DNA of 64,000 bases from NCBI GenBank assembly GCA_017477125.1, contig JAFUXN010000014.1, positions 1,872-65,871 on the forward strand, written 5' to 3'. This DNA is from Selenomonadaceae bacterium (lineage in GTDB: Bacteria > Bacillota > Negativicutes > Selenomonadales > Selenomonadaceae). A program made the position numbers and the translations under genes. Within the stretch, counting starts at the first letter, position 1. Every line of letters starts with the position of its first letter. This document shows positions 1 to 9,603 of the stretch, piece by piece. A model generated the notes under the pieces. It did not search any database. It was not told where the DNA came from and was given only the letters and a program-made list of their open reading frames with translations.

Positions 1-894
<894 letters not shown>

Positions 895-948
895 GTGCTA
901 TAAGATTCTCCTATCGTTGAAATTGATCCCACCGCCCACCCATGAAAT

Positions 949-1914
949 TCAAGGCAACGGGCTGTTGAGAAGTTTGATGTAATGTTCGCGCTCGTGTTGA
1001 GGAATGTCCAAGAGATCCATTGCCTCTTCTTTCGACATGTCGAGCTTGGTGATGAGTCGACGCAGGTTTGCAAGCAGAGTTTCGATCTTGCCTTCGATCT
1101 TGCCCTCGGCTCTGCCCTCAGCTCTGCCTGTCACCCTGCCTTCAACGATGCCGACTTTTTTGCCCTCGGCATTGCCTTGCGCCAAACCTTCAGCTCTGCC
1201 TTCGAGCCTGCCTTCGAGCCTGCCTTGCGCCAAGCCTTCAGCCTTGCCATCGGCTCTGCCCTCTTCGTAAATATCGTCAAAAGTAATCACTGCCATATCA
1301 TCCACCACCTTCTCACCGCGAATCTCCGATATCCTGTCGGCAAGCAACTCATTGTTCATCTGTTGAGTGTCTTTGTTGAAGAAGTCTTGCAAGAGCAGGT
1401 CGAGAGGCGTCGAGCCTTCGCGTTTCTCCCCATTGACATAGATGATGTGAGAGCCGTCCCCAAATGCTTTGCCGGTCTCTCGAATCGTCCAATCGATGTG
1501 ATAAATCTGTTTGCCGCCCTTGAGAACGTCATGCTCGGTGATGAAAATGACGTAGCTTTCCGGCAGAACTTTGAAATCTGTGTTCTTCGCAAAGATATGA
1601 GCATCGATCAGACTGCTGTAGAAGCGCGCACGACGTGGCGACGCTCCCGAATTTCTGCGCTGAACCTCAATGTCATAGAATTTCTCATCATCGTTGGCGA
1701 AAGCATCAAGCCGAATGCTGCGTCTGTTCTCATTCGACAGGACAACCTGTGTCGAGACAGAATTGACGACGAGTTTGGGGTTATCAAGAATTGTGCGGAG
1801 GACGAGCTGAGTGCACTCGATATTTTTATTGAAACAAAGTGCGAACAAGACGTCGTCCATCAAGCAGAATTCACTGAGGTCGAGCTTCTTTAAATATTTT
1901 CTTTCGTTGTCCAT
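949..1914 (-). CDS. Rpn/YhgA-type PD-(D/E)XK recombination-promoting nuclease / putative transposase
   Basis: 321-aa ORF. The N-terminal region (FYDIEVQRRN, VIFITEHDV) and the C-terminal degenerate EG(R/K) repeat tract (AEGLAQGRLEGRLEGRAEGLAQGNAEGKKVGIVEGRVTGRAEGRAEGKIEGKIE) fit that family. The call is from memory. Confidence 0.7.
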   Translation of the reverse strand: MDNERKYLKKLDLSEFCLMDDVLFALCFNKNIECTQLVLRTILDNPKLVVNSVSTQVVLSNENRRSIRLDAFANDDEKFYDIEVQRRNSGASPRRARFYSSLIDAHIFAKNTDFKVLPESYVIFITEHDVLKGGKQIYHIDWTIRETGKAFGDGSHIIYVNGEKREGSTPLDLLLQDFFNKDTQQMNNELLADRISEIRGEKVVDDMAVITFDDIYEEGRADGKAEGLAQGRLEGRLEGRAEGLAQGNAEGKKVGIVEGRVTGRAEGRAEGKIEGKIETLLANLRRLITKLDMSKEEAMDLLDIPQHEREHYIKLLNSPLP

Positions 1915-1931
1915 TATGAGAGTTCATCTGA

Positions 1932-3245
1932 TCATTCGGCGTGATGATTGACCGCCATCGCCGCCGCGATCGCTGCGCCCAATCCCGAGCCTCCGTTGTC
2001 GAGTATGGTATCGATCTTCGCCGCCTCTTCTCCAAGCAGCTCGCTCAACGCACGATTGATGTTCTCCTTGACCAGCGGCATCTTCTCATACACCGAGCCG
2101 TCGACCGCAATGTGCTGACGATTGATCTTGCCCGCGCCCGTCCGATGCCAGATGATCCCGACGAACGCCGCCGTCACCAACCGCGCGGAGCGAACCACCA
2201 TCGCCGCCGCCAACTGCTTGATCTTGGCGCACTCCTCGCTGTCAACGTCCTTGCCGGTCTTGTCCTTGATGATCGCCGCTATCCGATCGCCGTCAATCGT
2301 GTCGTCCATCAAGATGCTCGACAGATCGATCGACGTGAATTTGTAATCCTTGCCCTTCTCGTCGAACAGCTCCGACAGCGCCATCCCGAACAGCTCACCC
2401 ATGTACCTGCCGCTCACCATCTTCTCAAGCCGCTGCTCGCCGGGCTTCTCCGATTGCTCGTCGAACTCGAGGTCGAGACGATTCGGCGTCAACTTCATGA
2501 AGTTGCCCGACTCGAGGTTGAGGATCATGCCGCCCACGCCCGCGTTCTCAGGATCATTGATCGTCGATTCAACGTAGCAGTTGTTTTGCCCCGTCGCATA
2601 GATCGATCCGATGTACGTGTCGGGCTGCTGATACGCCGCCGACAACAGCACCGCCACCGTGTCATTGATCACCGCGATCGGCTCAACATTCGTCAGCCCC
2701 ACGCGCTCAAGCGCCTCCTTGAGCAGATCGTTGACGACCTTGCCCTCAACACCCGGCGTCTTGAACTCCTTCGTCCAGATGATGAGCTTGGCGTTGTAGA
2801 GATTGGTCTGATCCGACGGGAAGCTGAAAGTGTGCCCGAGATAGAATTTCGTCTCGTGATCCCTGTCGACCGCCTCATCGATCAGTCCCGCAAGGAAGTC
2901 GAACATCTGCTCCGCCGTCGAGTTCGCGCCGATGTAATCATACTCGCCGGGCACGACCAACGGCTTGCCGACTTTCTTCATGACTTCGAAACGACCCGCG
3001 CCCTCGAGCTTGATGCGCTGAACTCTGACGTTGGTGCCGCCGAAGTCGAGCGCAAGGAATTCGCCGGTCTCCTTGCCGGTGGGCAGTCCGACGTAGGATT
3101 TGAGCATGCGCAGCGACGAATCGGCGGGATCGTTGAGCCCGAGCTTGAGGTCCTGACGGAAGTTCGCGGCGACTTCGCGCAGTTGCTCGCCGCCGACGGT
3201 GAACTCATCGAGGAGCGTCTGAAGAAGCTGTCTGTCCAATGCCAT
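1932..3245 (-). CDS. Hexokinase-family sugar kinase
   Basis: ORF 1932..3440 trimmed to the ATG at 3243-3245 (MALDRQLL), which has a GGGAG RBS 8 nt upstream. The discarded 65 codons lie in the palindromic repeat block. Hexokinase signatures are LALDFGGTNVRV, GHTFSFP and INDTVAVL. Confidence 0.85.
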   Translation of the reverse strand: MALDRQLLQTLLDEFTVGGEQLREVAANFRQDLKLGLNDPADSSLRMLKSYVGLPTGKETGEFLALDFGGTNVRVQRIKLEGAGRFEVMKKVGKPLVVPGEYDYIGANSTAEQMFDFLAGLIDEAVDRDHETKFYLGHTFSFPSDQTNLYNAKLIIWTKEFKTPGVEGKVVNDLLKEALERVGLTNVEPIAVINDTVAVLLSAAYQQPDTYIGSIYATGQNNCYVESTINDPENAGVGGMILNLESGNFMKLTPNRLDLEFDEQSEKPGEQRLEKMVSGRYMGELFGMALSELFDEKGKDYKFTSIDLSSILMDDTIDGDRIAAIIKDKTGKDVDSEECAKIKQLAAAMVVRSARLVTAAFVGIIWHRTGAGKINRQHIAVDGSVYEKMPLVKENINRALSELLGEEAAKIDTILDNGGSGLGAAIAAAMAVNHHAE

Positions 3246-3322
3246 TGTTACATCTCCCTTTCCAATGTCGAATGAATTAATCCTGCCGTTGATTATAACA
3301 ATTTCCGTCGACGATTGCACCC

Positions 3323-3738
3323 AAAAATTTTTATCCGCTTGCAATCGATTTGAAATTGGGATCGATAGGGCGACGGTCGAAGGGACGGGCGCCCGCCTCG
3401 ACGCGTGGCGGCTCGCCCTTTTCTTTTGATCGATGCCCAACCATGGACGGAAGGGGCGACGGTGAAAGAACGGGCGCCCTAACTCCTTTGATCAATGCGC
3501 AACCATGGACGGAAGGGGCGACGGAGAAAGAAGGGGCGCCCGCCTCGACGCGGGGCGGCTCGCCCTTATCATCAGCGCCATGGTCGAAGGGCGACGCCCT
3601 TAAAAGCCCCGCAGGGTCGGATCGAAGGGCAGCGCCCTTCACAGCCCCGCAGGGTTGGGTCGAAGGGTAGCGCCCCTTCACAGCCCCGCAGGGTCATGGG
3701 TCGAAGAGCAGCGCCCTTTAAAAATTTTTATCCGCTTG
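3323..3738. repeat. Block of GC-rich palindromic (REP/BIME-like) repeats bracketed by a perfect 19-bp direct repeat
   Basis: AAAAATTTTTATCCGCTTG occurs at 3323-3341 and again at 3720-3738. Between the two copies are two copies of the hairpin GGGCGCCCGCC-N-GGCGGCTCGCCC (about 3387-3420 and 3533-3568). There are also four short hairpins of the type TCGAAGGGC-N-GCCCTTC (3583-3715), three of them followed by ACAGCCCCGCAGGGT. Confidence 0.8.
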
Positions 3739-3764
3739 TATTTAAAATGAAATACGTTTATAAT
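3736..3764 (+). promoter_or_regulatory. Sigma-A/sigma-70-type promoter for the solute-binding protein / rimO unit
   Basis: TTGTAT (3736-3741), 17-nt spacer, TATAAT (3759-3764), about 25 nt upstream of the ATG at 3790. Confidence 0.5.
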
Positions 3765-3789
3765 CGTCAAAAACAATGGAGTGAATGCG

Positions 3790-4857
3790 ATGAGGCGGTA
3801 CACAATTTTGCTGTTGACCTCGTTCATGCTGATCCTCTCGTGCGCGGCGGGCATGACGCTCCCCGTCGGCGCCGACCAAAACAATCGCAGCGTTCCTCTC
3901 AAGGAGCTCACCGCTTACACCACCTTGCCCCCCGAACACGCCGCTCTTCTGTCGGAAGCCTACGAGCACGAGCATCACGTTCGAGTAAATTTCGTGCCGC
4001 TCTCGCCGACGGAGCTCCTTCAGCATTTGAGAGATGATGCCGTCAGCGATCCGACCGTCGTCACCACGTCCGATCTGGTGCTCGCCGACAGCAATGTTCT
4101 CGAGCGCGCTGCCGATCTCAACTTACTGAAACTCTACGTTTCGGAGACCAATGACGCGGTCAAGTCTGCGTTCAAGGACGACGACGGCGCTTGGACGGGC
4201 GTTTGGTACGATCCCGTTGTCTTCTGCGTCAATCGCGATTACCTCAAAACGATCGCCGACATCCCCGACAGTTGGACGGCGCTCGCCGATTATCGCAACG
4301 TTCGAGTCGGCATCACTGATTTTCTTGCCGCCGACGCCAGCGCCAACCTCATGTATCAGATGATCGGGCAGTTCGGCGACGCCGCCGCTTATGACATTCT
4401 CGACAAACTTCACCCCAAGGTCATTCAGTACGCCAAATATCTGTCGAATCCCGTGCGTCAAGCGGGCATGGGCGAGGTCGACATCTCGATTGCGGTCGAG
4501 AGTGAGACCCTCCGCTACATGCAGAACGGTTACCCGTTGAAGGTGATCTATCCCGCCGACGGCACGGCTTTTATGTTGACGGGCGTGGCGCTGTCCTCGG
4601 TCGACGACGGACGTTTGGGCGCTGCCGCCGAGTTCTCCGATTGGCTGTTGAGCGACGAAGCGCAACTGGTTCTTCAACGCAACGATTTCTACTTCGTCCC
4701 GACCAATCCGCAGACGCTTGCTTACAAAAAATTTGCCGGCAAGAATCTGCGGCTGTTCGACGTCAAGCGCTCGTTCAATGATCAACAGCGATATCAATTT
4801 TTGGATCAATGGGTCAAGCAGGTCAGATTGAAAACCCCCATGGAGGTAATGCGATGA
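3790..4857 (+). CDS. Extracellular solute-binding protein (ABC-type, iron/polyamine-like family), signal peptide
   Basis: N-terminus MRRYTILLLTSFMLILSCAAG is signal/lipobox-like. Length and overall pattern fit a family-1 SBP. GGAG RBS lies 8 nt before the ATG at 3790. The stop overlaps the rimO start (ATGA at 4854-4857). Confidence 0.65.
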   Translation: MRRYTILLLTSFMLILSCAAGMTLPVGADQNNRSVPLKELTAYTTLPPEHAALLSEAYEHEHHVRVNFVPLSPTELLQHLRDDAVSDPTVVTTSDLVLADSNVLERAADLNLLKLYVSETNDAVKSAFKDDDGAWTGVWYDPVVFCVNRDYLKTIADIPDSWTALADYRNVRVGITDFLAADASANLMYQMIGQFGDAAAYDILDKLHPKVIQYAKYLSNPVRQAGMGEVDISIAVESETLRYMQNGYPLKVIYPADGTAFMLTGVALSSVDDGRLGAAAEFSDWLLSDEAQLVLQRNDFYFVPTNPQTLAYKKFAGKNLRLFDVKRSFNDQQRYQFLDQWVKQVRLKTPMEVMR

Positions 4858-6179
4858 AGGTCGGCTTTGTAAGTTTGGGTTGCGCGAAGAATTTGGTCGA
4901 TACCGAAGTGATGCTCGGCATCATGCAAAGTCATGGGCTCGAGCTCACGCCCAATCCTTCCGACGCCGATATTTTGATCGTCAATACGTGTGCGTTCATC
5001 GCGTCGGCGAAGGAGGAGTCCATCACCACGATCCTCAACCTTGCCGATTATAAGGTCAACGGTCAATGCCGTTCGCTGATCATCGCGGGCTGTTTGGGTC
5101 AACGGTACCGTCAAGAGTTGCTCAACGAGTTGCCCGAGGCTGATGCGATCATCGGCACCAACGCTTGGCATCGGATCATGGAGGCGATCGAGGAGACGCT
5201 CAAAGGTCGGCGCGTGATCTTGATCGGCGAGCGCGAAACGATCTACGACGCCAGTACGCCGCGCCTTCGAACGACGCCTGATTATACTGCGTATGTCAAG
5301 ATCGCCGAGGGTTGCGATCACCATTGCGCGTTCTGTGCGATCCCGTTGATCCGCGGCAAGCAGATCAGCCGTCCGATTGAAGATATCCGCGCGGAGGTTG
5401 AGCAGTTGGTTGCCGACGGCGTCAAGGAGATCAATTTGATCGCTCAAGACTCGACAAATTACGGTCGCGATCTGTATAATGAGCCGTCGCTGGCTCGACT
5501 GTTGAGGGAGCTGGTCAAGGTCGACGGCGTTCAATGGTTGAGAGTGCTGTATTCGTATCCGAAGCACTTCACTGACGAACTGATCGAGCTGTTTGCGACG
5601 GAGCCGAAAATTTGTAAGTATGTCGACCTGCCGTTGCAGCACGCGGCGGATTCGGTGTTGAGGCGCATGCATCGTCCCGACCGTCGAGAGGAGATCGAAA
5701 GTCTGCTGGCGAAATTGCGCGAGCGTATTCCCGACGTGGCGATCCGTTCGACGTTCATAGTGGGGTACCCGGGCGAGACCGACGAGGAATTTCAACAGCT
5801 CAAGGAATTTTTGATCGCTCAACGATTGGATCACGTTGGGGTGTTTGCGTATTCGCCCGAGGAGGGAACGCCGGCTTATAATCTGACGGATCAGATCGAT
5901 GAGGGCACGACGCAGGAGCGCTACCACGAGTTGATGAGCGTGCAGAGCATGATTTCGCAGGAGATCAATGAGGCGCTTGAGGATCGGGAGCTCGATGTGT
6001 TGATCGAGGGGCGCGACGAGGAGGAATCTGACATCGCGGCGGGTCGTTCGTATCGAGAGGCGCCGGAGGTCGACGGACAGATTTATGTTGAAGGCGATCG
6101 ACGGAGCCGCCCCGGTGATATCGTTCGTGTTCGAGTGCTGGCGGGATTTGTGTATGATCTTGCGGCGGAGAGGATTTAG
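4854..6179 (+). CDS. rimO: Ribosomal protein S12 methylthiotransferase RimO (radical SAM, MiaB family)
   Basis: MKVGFVSLGCAKNLVDTE..., radical-SAM CDHHCAFCAIP motif and a C-terminal TRAM-like end (GDIVRVRVL). GGAGG RBS at 4842-4846. Confidence 0.9.
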   Translation: MKVGFVSLGCAKNLVDTEVMLGIMQSHGLELTPNPSDADILIVNTCAFIASAKEESITTILNLADYKVNGQCRSLIIAGCLGQRYRQELLNELPEADAIIGTNAWHRIMEAIEETLKGRRVILIGERETIYDASTPRLRTTPDYTAYVKIAEGCDHHCAFCAIPLIRGKQISRPIEDIRAEVEQLVADGVKEINLIAQDSTNYGRDLYNEPSLARLLRELVKVDGVQWLRVLYSYPKHFTDELIELFATEPKICKYVDLPLQHAADSVLRRMHRPDRREEIESLLAKLRERIPDVAIRSTFIVGYPGETDEEFQQLKEFLIAQRLDHVGVFAYSPEEGTPAYNLTDQIDEGTTQERYHELMSVQSMISQEINEALEDRELDVLIEGRDEEESDIAAGRSYREAPEVDGQIYVEGDRRSRPGDIVRVRVLAGFVYDLAAERI

Positions 6180-6646
6180 TGATGGACGCGGCGATTGAAT
6201 TGGGTCGATTGTTGAGCGAACGCGGTTGGACGATCGGTTGCGCCGAATCATGTACGGGCGGGCTGTTGACGAGCCGATTGACGGACGTCGCGGGCAGTTC
6301 GGATTACGTCAAGGGCGGAGTGATCTCGTACGCGACGGCGGTCAAGCTCGATCTCCTGAAGGTCAAGCCGTCGACGGTCGAGCAATTCACCGTGGTGAGC
6401 GAGCAAGTTGCGCTTGAAATGGCGGACGGCGTTCGAAGATTGCTCGGCACCGACGTCGGGCTGAGCACCACTGGCTATGCGGGACCGTCGGGAGATGAAA
6501 TCGGGCTGGTATGTGTCGGGTTTTCGACAGAAGATCGGCGCGTCGCTCAACGGTTTCGTTTCAACGGTTCCAGGATTGAAATCAAATCATCGGCGGCGAA
6601 TGCGGCGCTCGAGTTCGCAATCGACCTGCTGAAGCAAAACTCATAG
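6179..6646 (+). CDS. CinA C-terminal domain / nicotinamide-nucleotide amidohydrolase PncC family
   Basis: 155 aa with TIGCAESCTGGLL and GLSTTGYAGP motifs. The GTG start overlaps the rimO stop. Confidence 0.85.
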   Translation: MMDAAIELGRLLSERGWTIGCAESCTGGLLTSRLTDVAGSSDYVKGGVISYATAVKLDLLKVKPSTVEQFTVVSEQVALEMADGVRRLLGTDVGLSTTGYAGPSGDEIGLVCVGFSTEDRRVAQRFRFNGSRIEIKSSAANAALEFAIDLLKQNS

Positions 6647-6660
6647 AGGAGGCATTTTTT

Positions 6661-7740
6661 TTGGAGTATCTCATGAACGTGGATTGGTTCCGACTGTCGG
6701 AACTGTTGTTTTTGCCGGCGTGCATACTCGTCGCGTCTCTCACCCTCGGCATCACCATCAATCGATTCCTCAATCAACGGATCGATCGCATTTTGAAAAC
6801 CGACGAGGGTTCCGTCAAATCGATCTTCCTGCACGCGCTCCGCGGCATCCCCATCAACTTCTGCCTGATGAGCGGACTGTATTGGATCGTCAACACGAGT
6901 GCACTGCCCGAAGGTCTGGCGCGCATCTTCTCATACATTCTGTTCACGGTCATCGTCTTCACGTTGACGCGCGTCACCGAACGGACGATCTCGGGCGTCA
7001 TCAACGTCAAGCTCTCGGGCACCGGCGACGCCTCTCAATCGACGTTGCTCAATACGATCCTCAAGACAGCCGTCTATGCGTCGGGCGCGCTGATCATTCT
7101 GCAGTACTACGGCATTTCGATCGCGCCGATCTTGACGGCGATGGGCGTCGGCGGTATGGCGGTGGCGCTCGGCTTGCAAGAGACGCTCGCCAACATCTTC
7201 TCGGGACTGCAACTGATCCTGTCGAAGCAGTTGAGGATCAACGATTACATCAAACTGGCGAGCGGTGAGGAAGGTCGAGTGACCGACATCACCTGGCGCT
7301 TGACGACGATCATGCCGCCGTCGGAAGGCAGCGTTGTGGTGATCCCGAATAAAAATATAGCGGGAGCGATCACGACAAACTATTCGCGTCCGCGCGACGA
7401 CATCATCATCACGGTGCCGATCGGCGTCGACTACAGCAGCGATCTTGATCAGGTCGAGCGTGTGACGATGGAAGTTGCGCTCGATGTTCAGAAGCGCACC
7501 GACGGATATGAAGAGTTGCTCGACAGCAAGGGCATTGATCGGAATCCGTTGAGACCGGCGGTCAGGTTCTACAACTTCGGCGACTCGTCGATCGACTTCA
7601 ACGTGTTTCTGCACGCGCACCAATTCGACGTTCAATATTTGATGAAGCACGAGTTCATCAAAGGGATCACGAAACGATATCGGGAGGAGGGCATCAACAT
7701 TCCGTTCCCGATCCGAACGTTGGTGACCGCCGACGAGTGA
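6661..7740 (+). CDS. MscS-family mechanosensitive ion channel
   Basis: Multiple N-terminal TM segments, then LGLQETLANIFSGLQLILSKQLRINDYIKL...GRVTDITWRLTTI, which is typical of the MscS beta domain. Start is either TTG 6661 or ATG 6673. Confidence 0.85.
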   Translation: MEYLMNVDWFRLSELLFLPACILVASLTLGITINRFLNQRIDRILKTDEGSVKSIFLHALRGIPINFCLMSGLYWIVNTSALPEGLARIFSYILFTVIVFTLTRVTERTISGVINVKLSGTGDASQSTLLNTILKTAVYASGALIILQYYGISIAPILTAMGVGGMAVALGLQETLANIFSGLQLILSKQLRINDYIKLASGEEGRVTDITWRLTTIMPPSEGSVVVIPNKNIAGAITTNYSRPRDDIIITVPIGVDYSSDLDQVERVTMEVALDVQKRTDGYEELLDSKGIDRNPLRPAVRFYNFGDSSIDFNVFLHAHQFDVQYLMKHEFIKGITKRYREEGINIPFPIRTLVTADE

Positions 7741-7870
7741 GCGGCTGCGAAGAACGTTGTGTGGGGCGACGTTTAAATATGGGCGCGCGCCTTCGACGCC
7801 CGGCTGCGCGCCCTGCTCAGCCCCAACGTTTTGATCAACCCCCTAAGATATTTGGACTATAAAAGAAAAA

Positions 7871-8294
7871 AGGGCGAGCCGCCACGCGAACAGGCGGGCG
7901 CCCGTTTTTTCTATCGTTACCCAAAAATATTTTCGGCTTTAATGATTTTGTGCAACCCCTAAAGTATTTGGAAGGTGAAGGCGAAAAGGGCGCTCCGCCA
8001 CGTGACACGGCGGGCGCCCTATTTTTTTCCTCCGCTCCCATCGCCAACAATTTATTCCGTTGCCGACGACGGGTAAGGGCGAGCCGCCCCATTAGGGAGG
8101 CGGGCGCCCTATTTTTTTCCGCCGCCCCACCGCCCACAATTTACTACGTTGCCGACGACGGGCAAGGGCGCGCCGCCCCGTGAGGAAGCGGGCGCCCGAT
8201 TTTTTCCGCCGCCCCCACCGCCCACAATTTATTCAATTGCTGACGACGGGCAAGGGCGCGCCGCCCCGTGAGCAGGCGGGCGCCCTATTTTTTC
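7871..8294 (+). repeat. Five tandem GC-rich hairpin + T-run units (terminator-like) with C-rich spacers
   Basis: Units of the form AAGGGCG(A/C)GCCGCC-N9/10-GGCGGGCGCCC-TATTTTTT lie at about 7871-7910, 7986-8028, 8075-8118, 8163-8205 and 8251-8294. The last three are spaced exactly 88 bp apart. Their spacers are near-identical: CCGCCGCCCCACCGCCCACAATTTA..GTTGC.GACGACGGG. Confidence 0.85.
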
Positions 8295-8453
8295 TCCTCC
8301 GCGCCCCACGCGCCCGTCGCCGCCAAATATTTTTCCGCCCGTCGACATGAGAAGGCGCGTTCAAAAAGTGTTTGCATTTGAGCGGCTTTCGTTATATCAT
8401 ATTGCCGTCGAAATTACGATCCTGTTTGTCAATCCAAAAGATGAGGTGAGGAA

Positions 8454-9422
8454 ATGGCTATCAAAAATGCGATTGCGGTTATGACCTCCGGCGGCGACAG
8501 CCCCGGCATGAACGCAGCAGCTCGTGCGGTCGTTCGCACCGCGCTCTTCGAAGGCGTCAAGGTTTTCGGTATTCACAACGGTTATAAGGGCATGCTCAAC
8601 GACGAGATCGAGGAGCTCACCGCCCGCAGCGTCTCCGATCTGATCCAACGCGGCGGCACTTTTCTCGGTACCGCTCGTTGCATGGAGTTCAAAACCGTTG
8701 AGGGACGCCGTAAAGGTCTGGACAATCTCGCCAAGCACGGCATTGAAGGTCTCGTGATCATCGGCGGCGACGGCTCTTTGACCGGCGGCTCGATGTTGTC
8801 TCGCGAAGGCGGCATTCCCATCGTCGGATTGCCCGGCACGATCGATAACGACGTCTGGGGCACCGATTACACCATCGGTTGCGACACGGCTGCCAACACC
8901 GCCGTCGACGCGATCAATAAGTTGCGCGACACCGCGTCGGCTCATCGCCGCATCATGGTCGTCGAGGTCATGGGTCACACGTCGGGCTGGCTGGCGCTGG
9001 TTTCGGGCATCGCCTCCGGCGCGGAGTTTGTCATCGTCCCCGAGGTCAAATACGATCTCGATGACATCTGCCGTCAGATCACCGAGTCTTATAAGGGCGG
9101 TCGCCGTTACAGCATCGTGGTCGTGGCAGAGGGCGCTTGCTCGGGCGTCGGTCTCAAGAACGTCATTCAGGAGAAGACCGGCATCGACACCCGCGTTTCG
9201 ATCCTCGGACATATTCAGCGCGGCGGCTCTCCGTCGGTCGAAGACAGAATGAAAGCATCGATGCTCGGTGAGCGCGCGGCGCTTGCGATCATCTCCGGTG
9301 CGTCCGACGTGGTGTTCGGCTTCGACGAGGGCAAGGTCGTCAGCATCAACCTGTTCGATTCCGTCTACAACAAGAAGACTCTCGACCCCGAGCTCGTTCG
9401 TCTTTCGAGCGTCCTCGTGTGA
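8454..9422 (+). CDS. pfkA: ATP-dependent 6-phosphofructokinase
   Basis: MAIKNAIAVMTSGGDSPGMNAA, IIGGDGS, LPGTIDND, MGHTSGW and GHIQRGG motifs. Confidence 0.95.
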   Translation: MAIKNAIAVMTSGGDSPGMNAAARAVVRTALFEGVKVFGIHNGYKGMLNDEIEELTARSVSDLIQRGGTFLGTARCMEFKTVEGRRKGLDNLAKHGIEGLVIIGGDGSLTGGSMLSREGGIPIVGLPGTIDNDVWGTDYTIGCDTAANTAVDAINKLRDTASAHRRIMVVEVMGHTSGWLALVSGIASGAEFVIVPEVKYDLDDICRQITESYKGGRRYSIVVVAEGACSGVGLKNVIQEKTGIDTRVSILGHIQRGGSPSVEDRMKASMLGERAALAIISGASDVVFGFDEGKVVSINLFDSVYNKKTLDPELVRLSSVLV

Positions 9423-9449
9423 TCGACCAATCGTTGAAGATATTTTTGA

Positions 9450-9490
9450 AGCCCCGTCGGACGTCGTGTCGGCGGGGCTGCTTTGATTTC
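9450..9490 (+). terminator. Rho-independent terminator after pfkA
   Basis: AGCCCCG (9450-9456) pairs with CGGGGCT (9473-9479), with further inner pairing, followed by a T-rich GCTTTGATTT. Confidence 0.5.
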
Positions 9491-9507
9491 GACGGGGCTC
9501 TAAACTA

Positions 9508-9536
9508 TTGACACTGCCAATAAAGTTTGTTAAACT
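9508..9536 (+). promoter_or_regulatory. Sigma-A-type promoter
   Basis: TTGACA (9508-9513), 17-nt spacer, TAAACT (9531-9536), upstream of the 9604 ORF. Confidence 0.45.
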
Positions 9537-9603
9537 GCCTTCGAAAGCGGTTTAAGTTCGATCGACCGAACGTCGATAAGCTGTTTGATGGGAGGTGCCG
9601 ACG

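Noticed and set aside
3331-4037. ORFs 3331..3681(-), 3350..3670(+) and 3495..4037(+) in the hexokinase-SBP intergenic region
   Set aside because: They are translations of the palindromic repeat block and are Gly/Arg/Pro/Ala-rich with repeated peptide blocks on both strands. No RBS is present. 3495..4037 also runs out of frame into the real SBP gene.
4806-6251. 481-aa ORF antisense to rimO
   Set aside because: It lies entirely opposite a gene with unmistakable radical-SAM and MiaB-family motifs. It is extremely Arg/Leu-rich, the typical antisense artefact of GC-rich coding DNA.
7835-8183. ORFs 7835..8137(-) and 7950..8183(+)
   Set aside because: These are mirror-image translations of the five tandem hairpin units. 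Their periodic peptide repeats simply follow the DNA repeats.
7871-8294. CRISPR array hypothesis for the tandem hairpins here and at 23537-23692
   Set aside because: The spacers at 8.1-8.3 kb are near-identical to each other rather than unique. At 23.5 kb the inter-repeat segments are only 12-17 nt. Each repeat ends in a T-run, and no cas genes are in the window.
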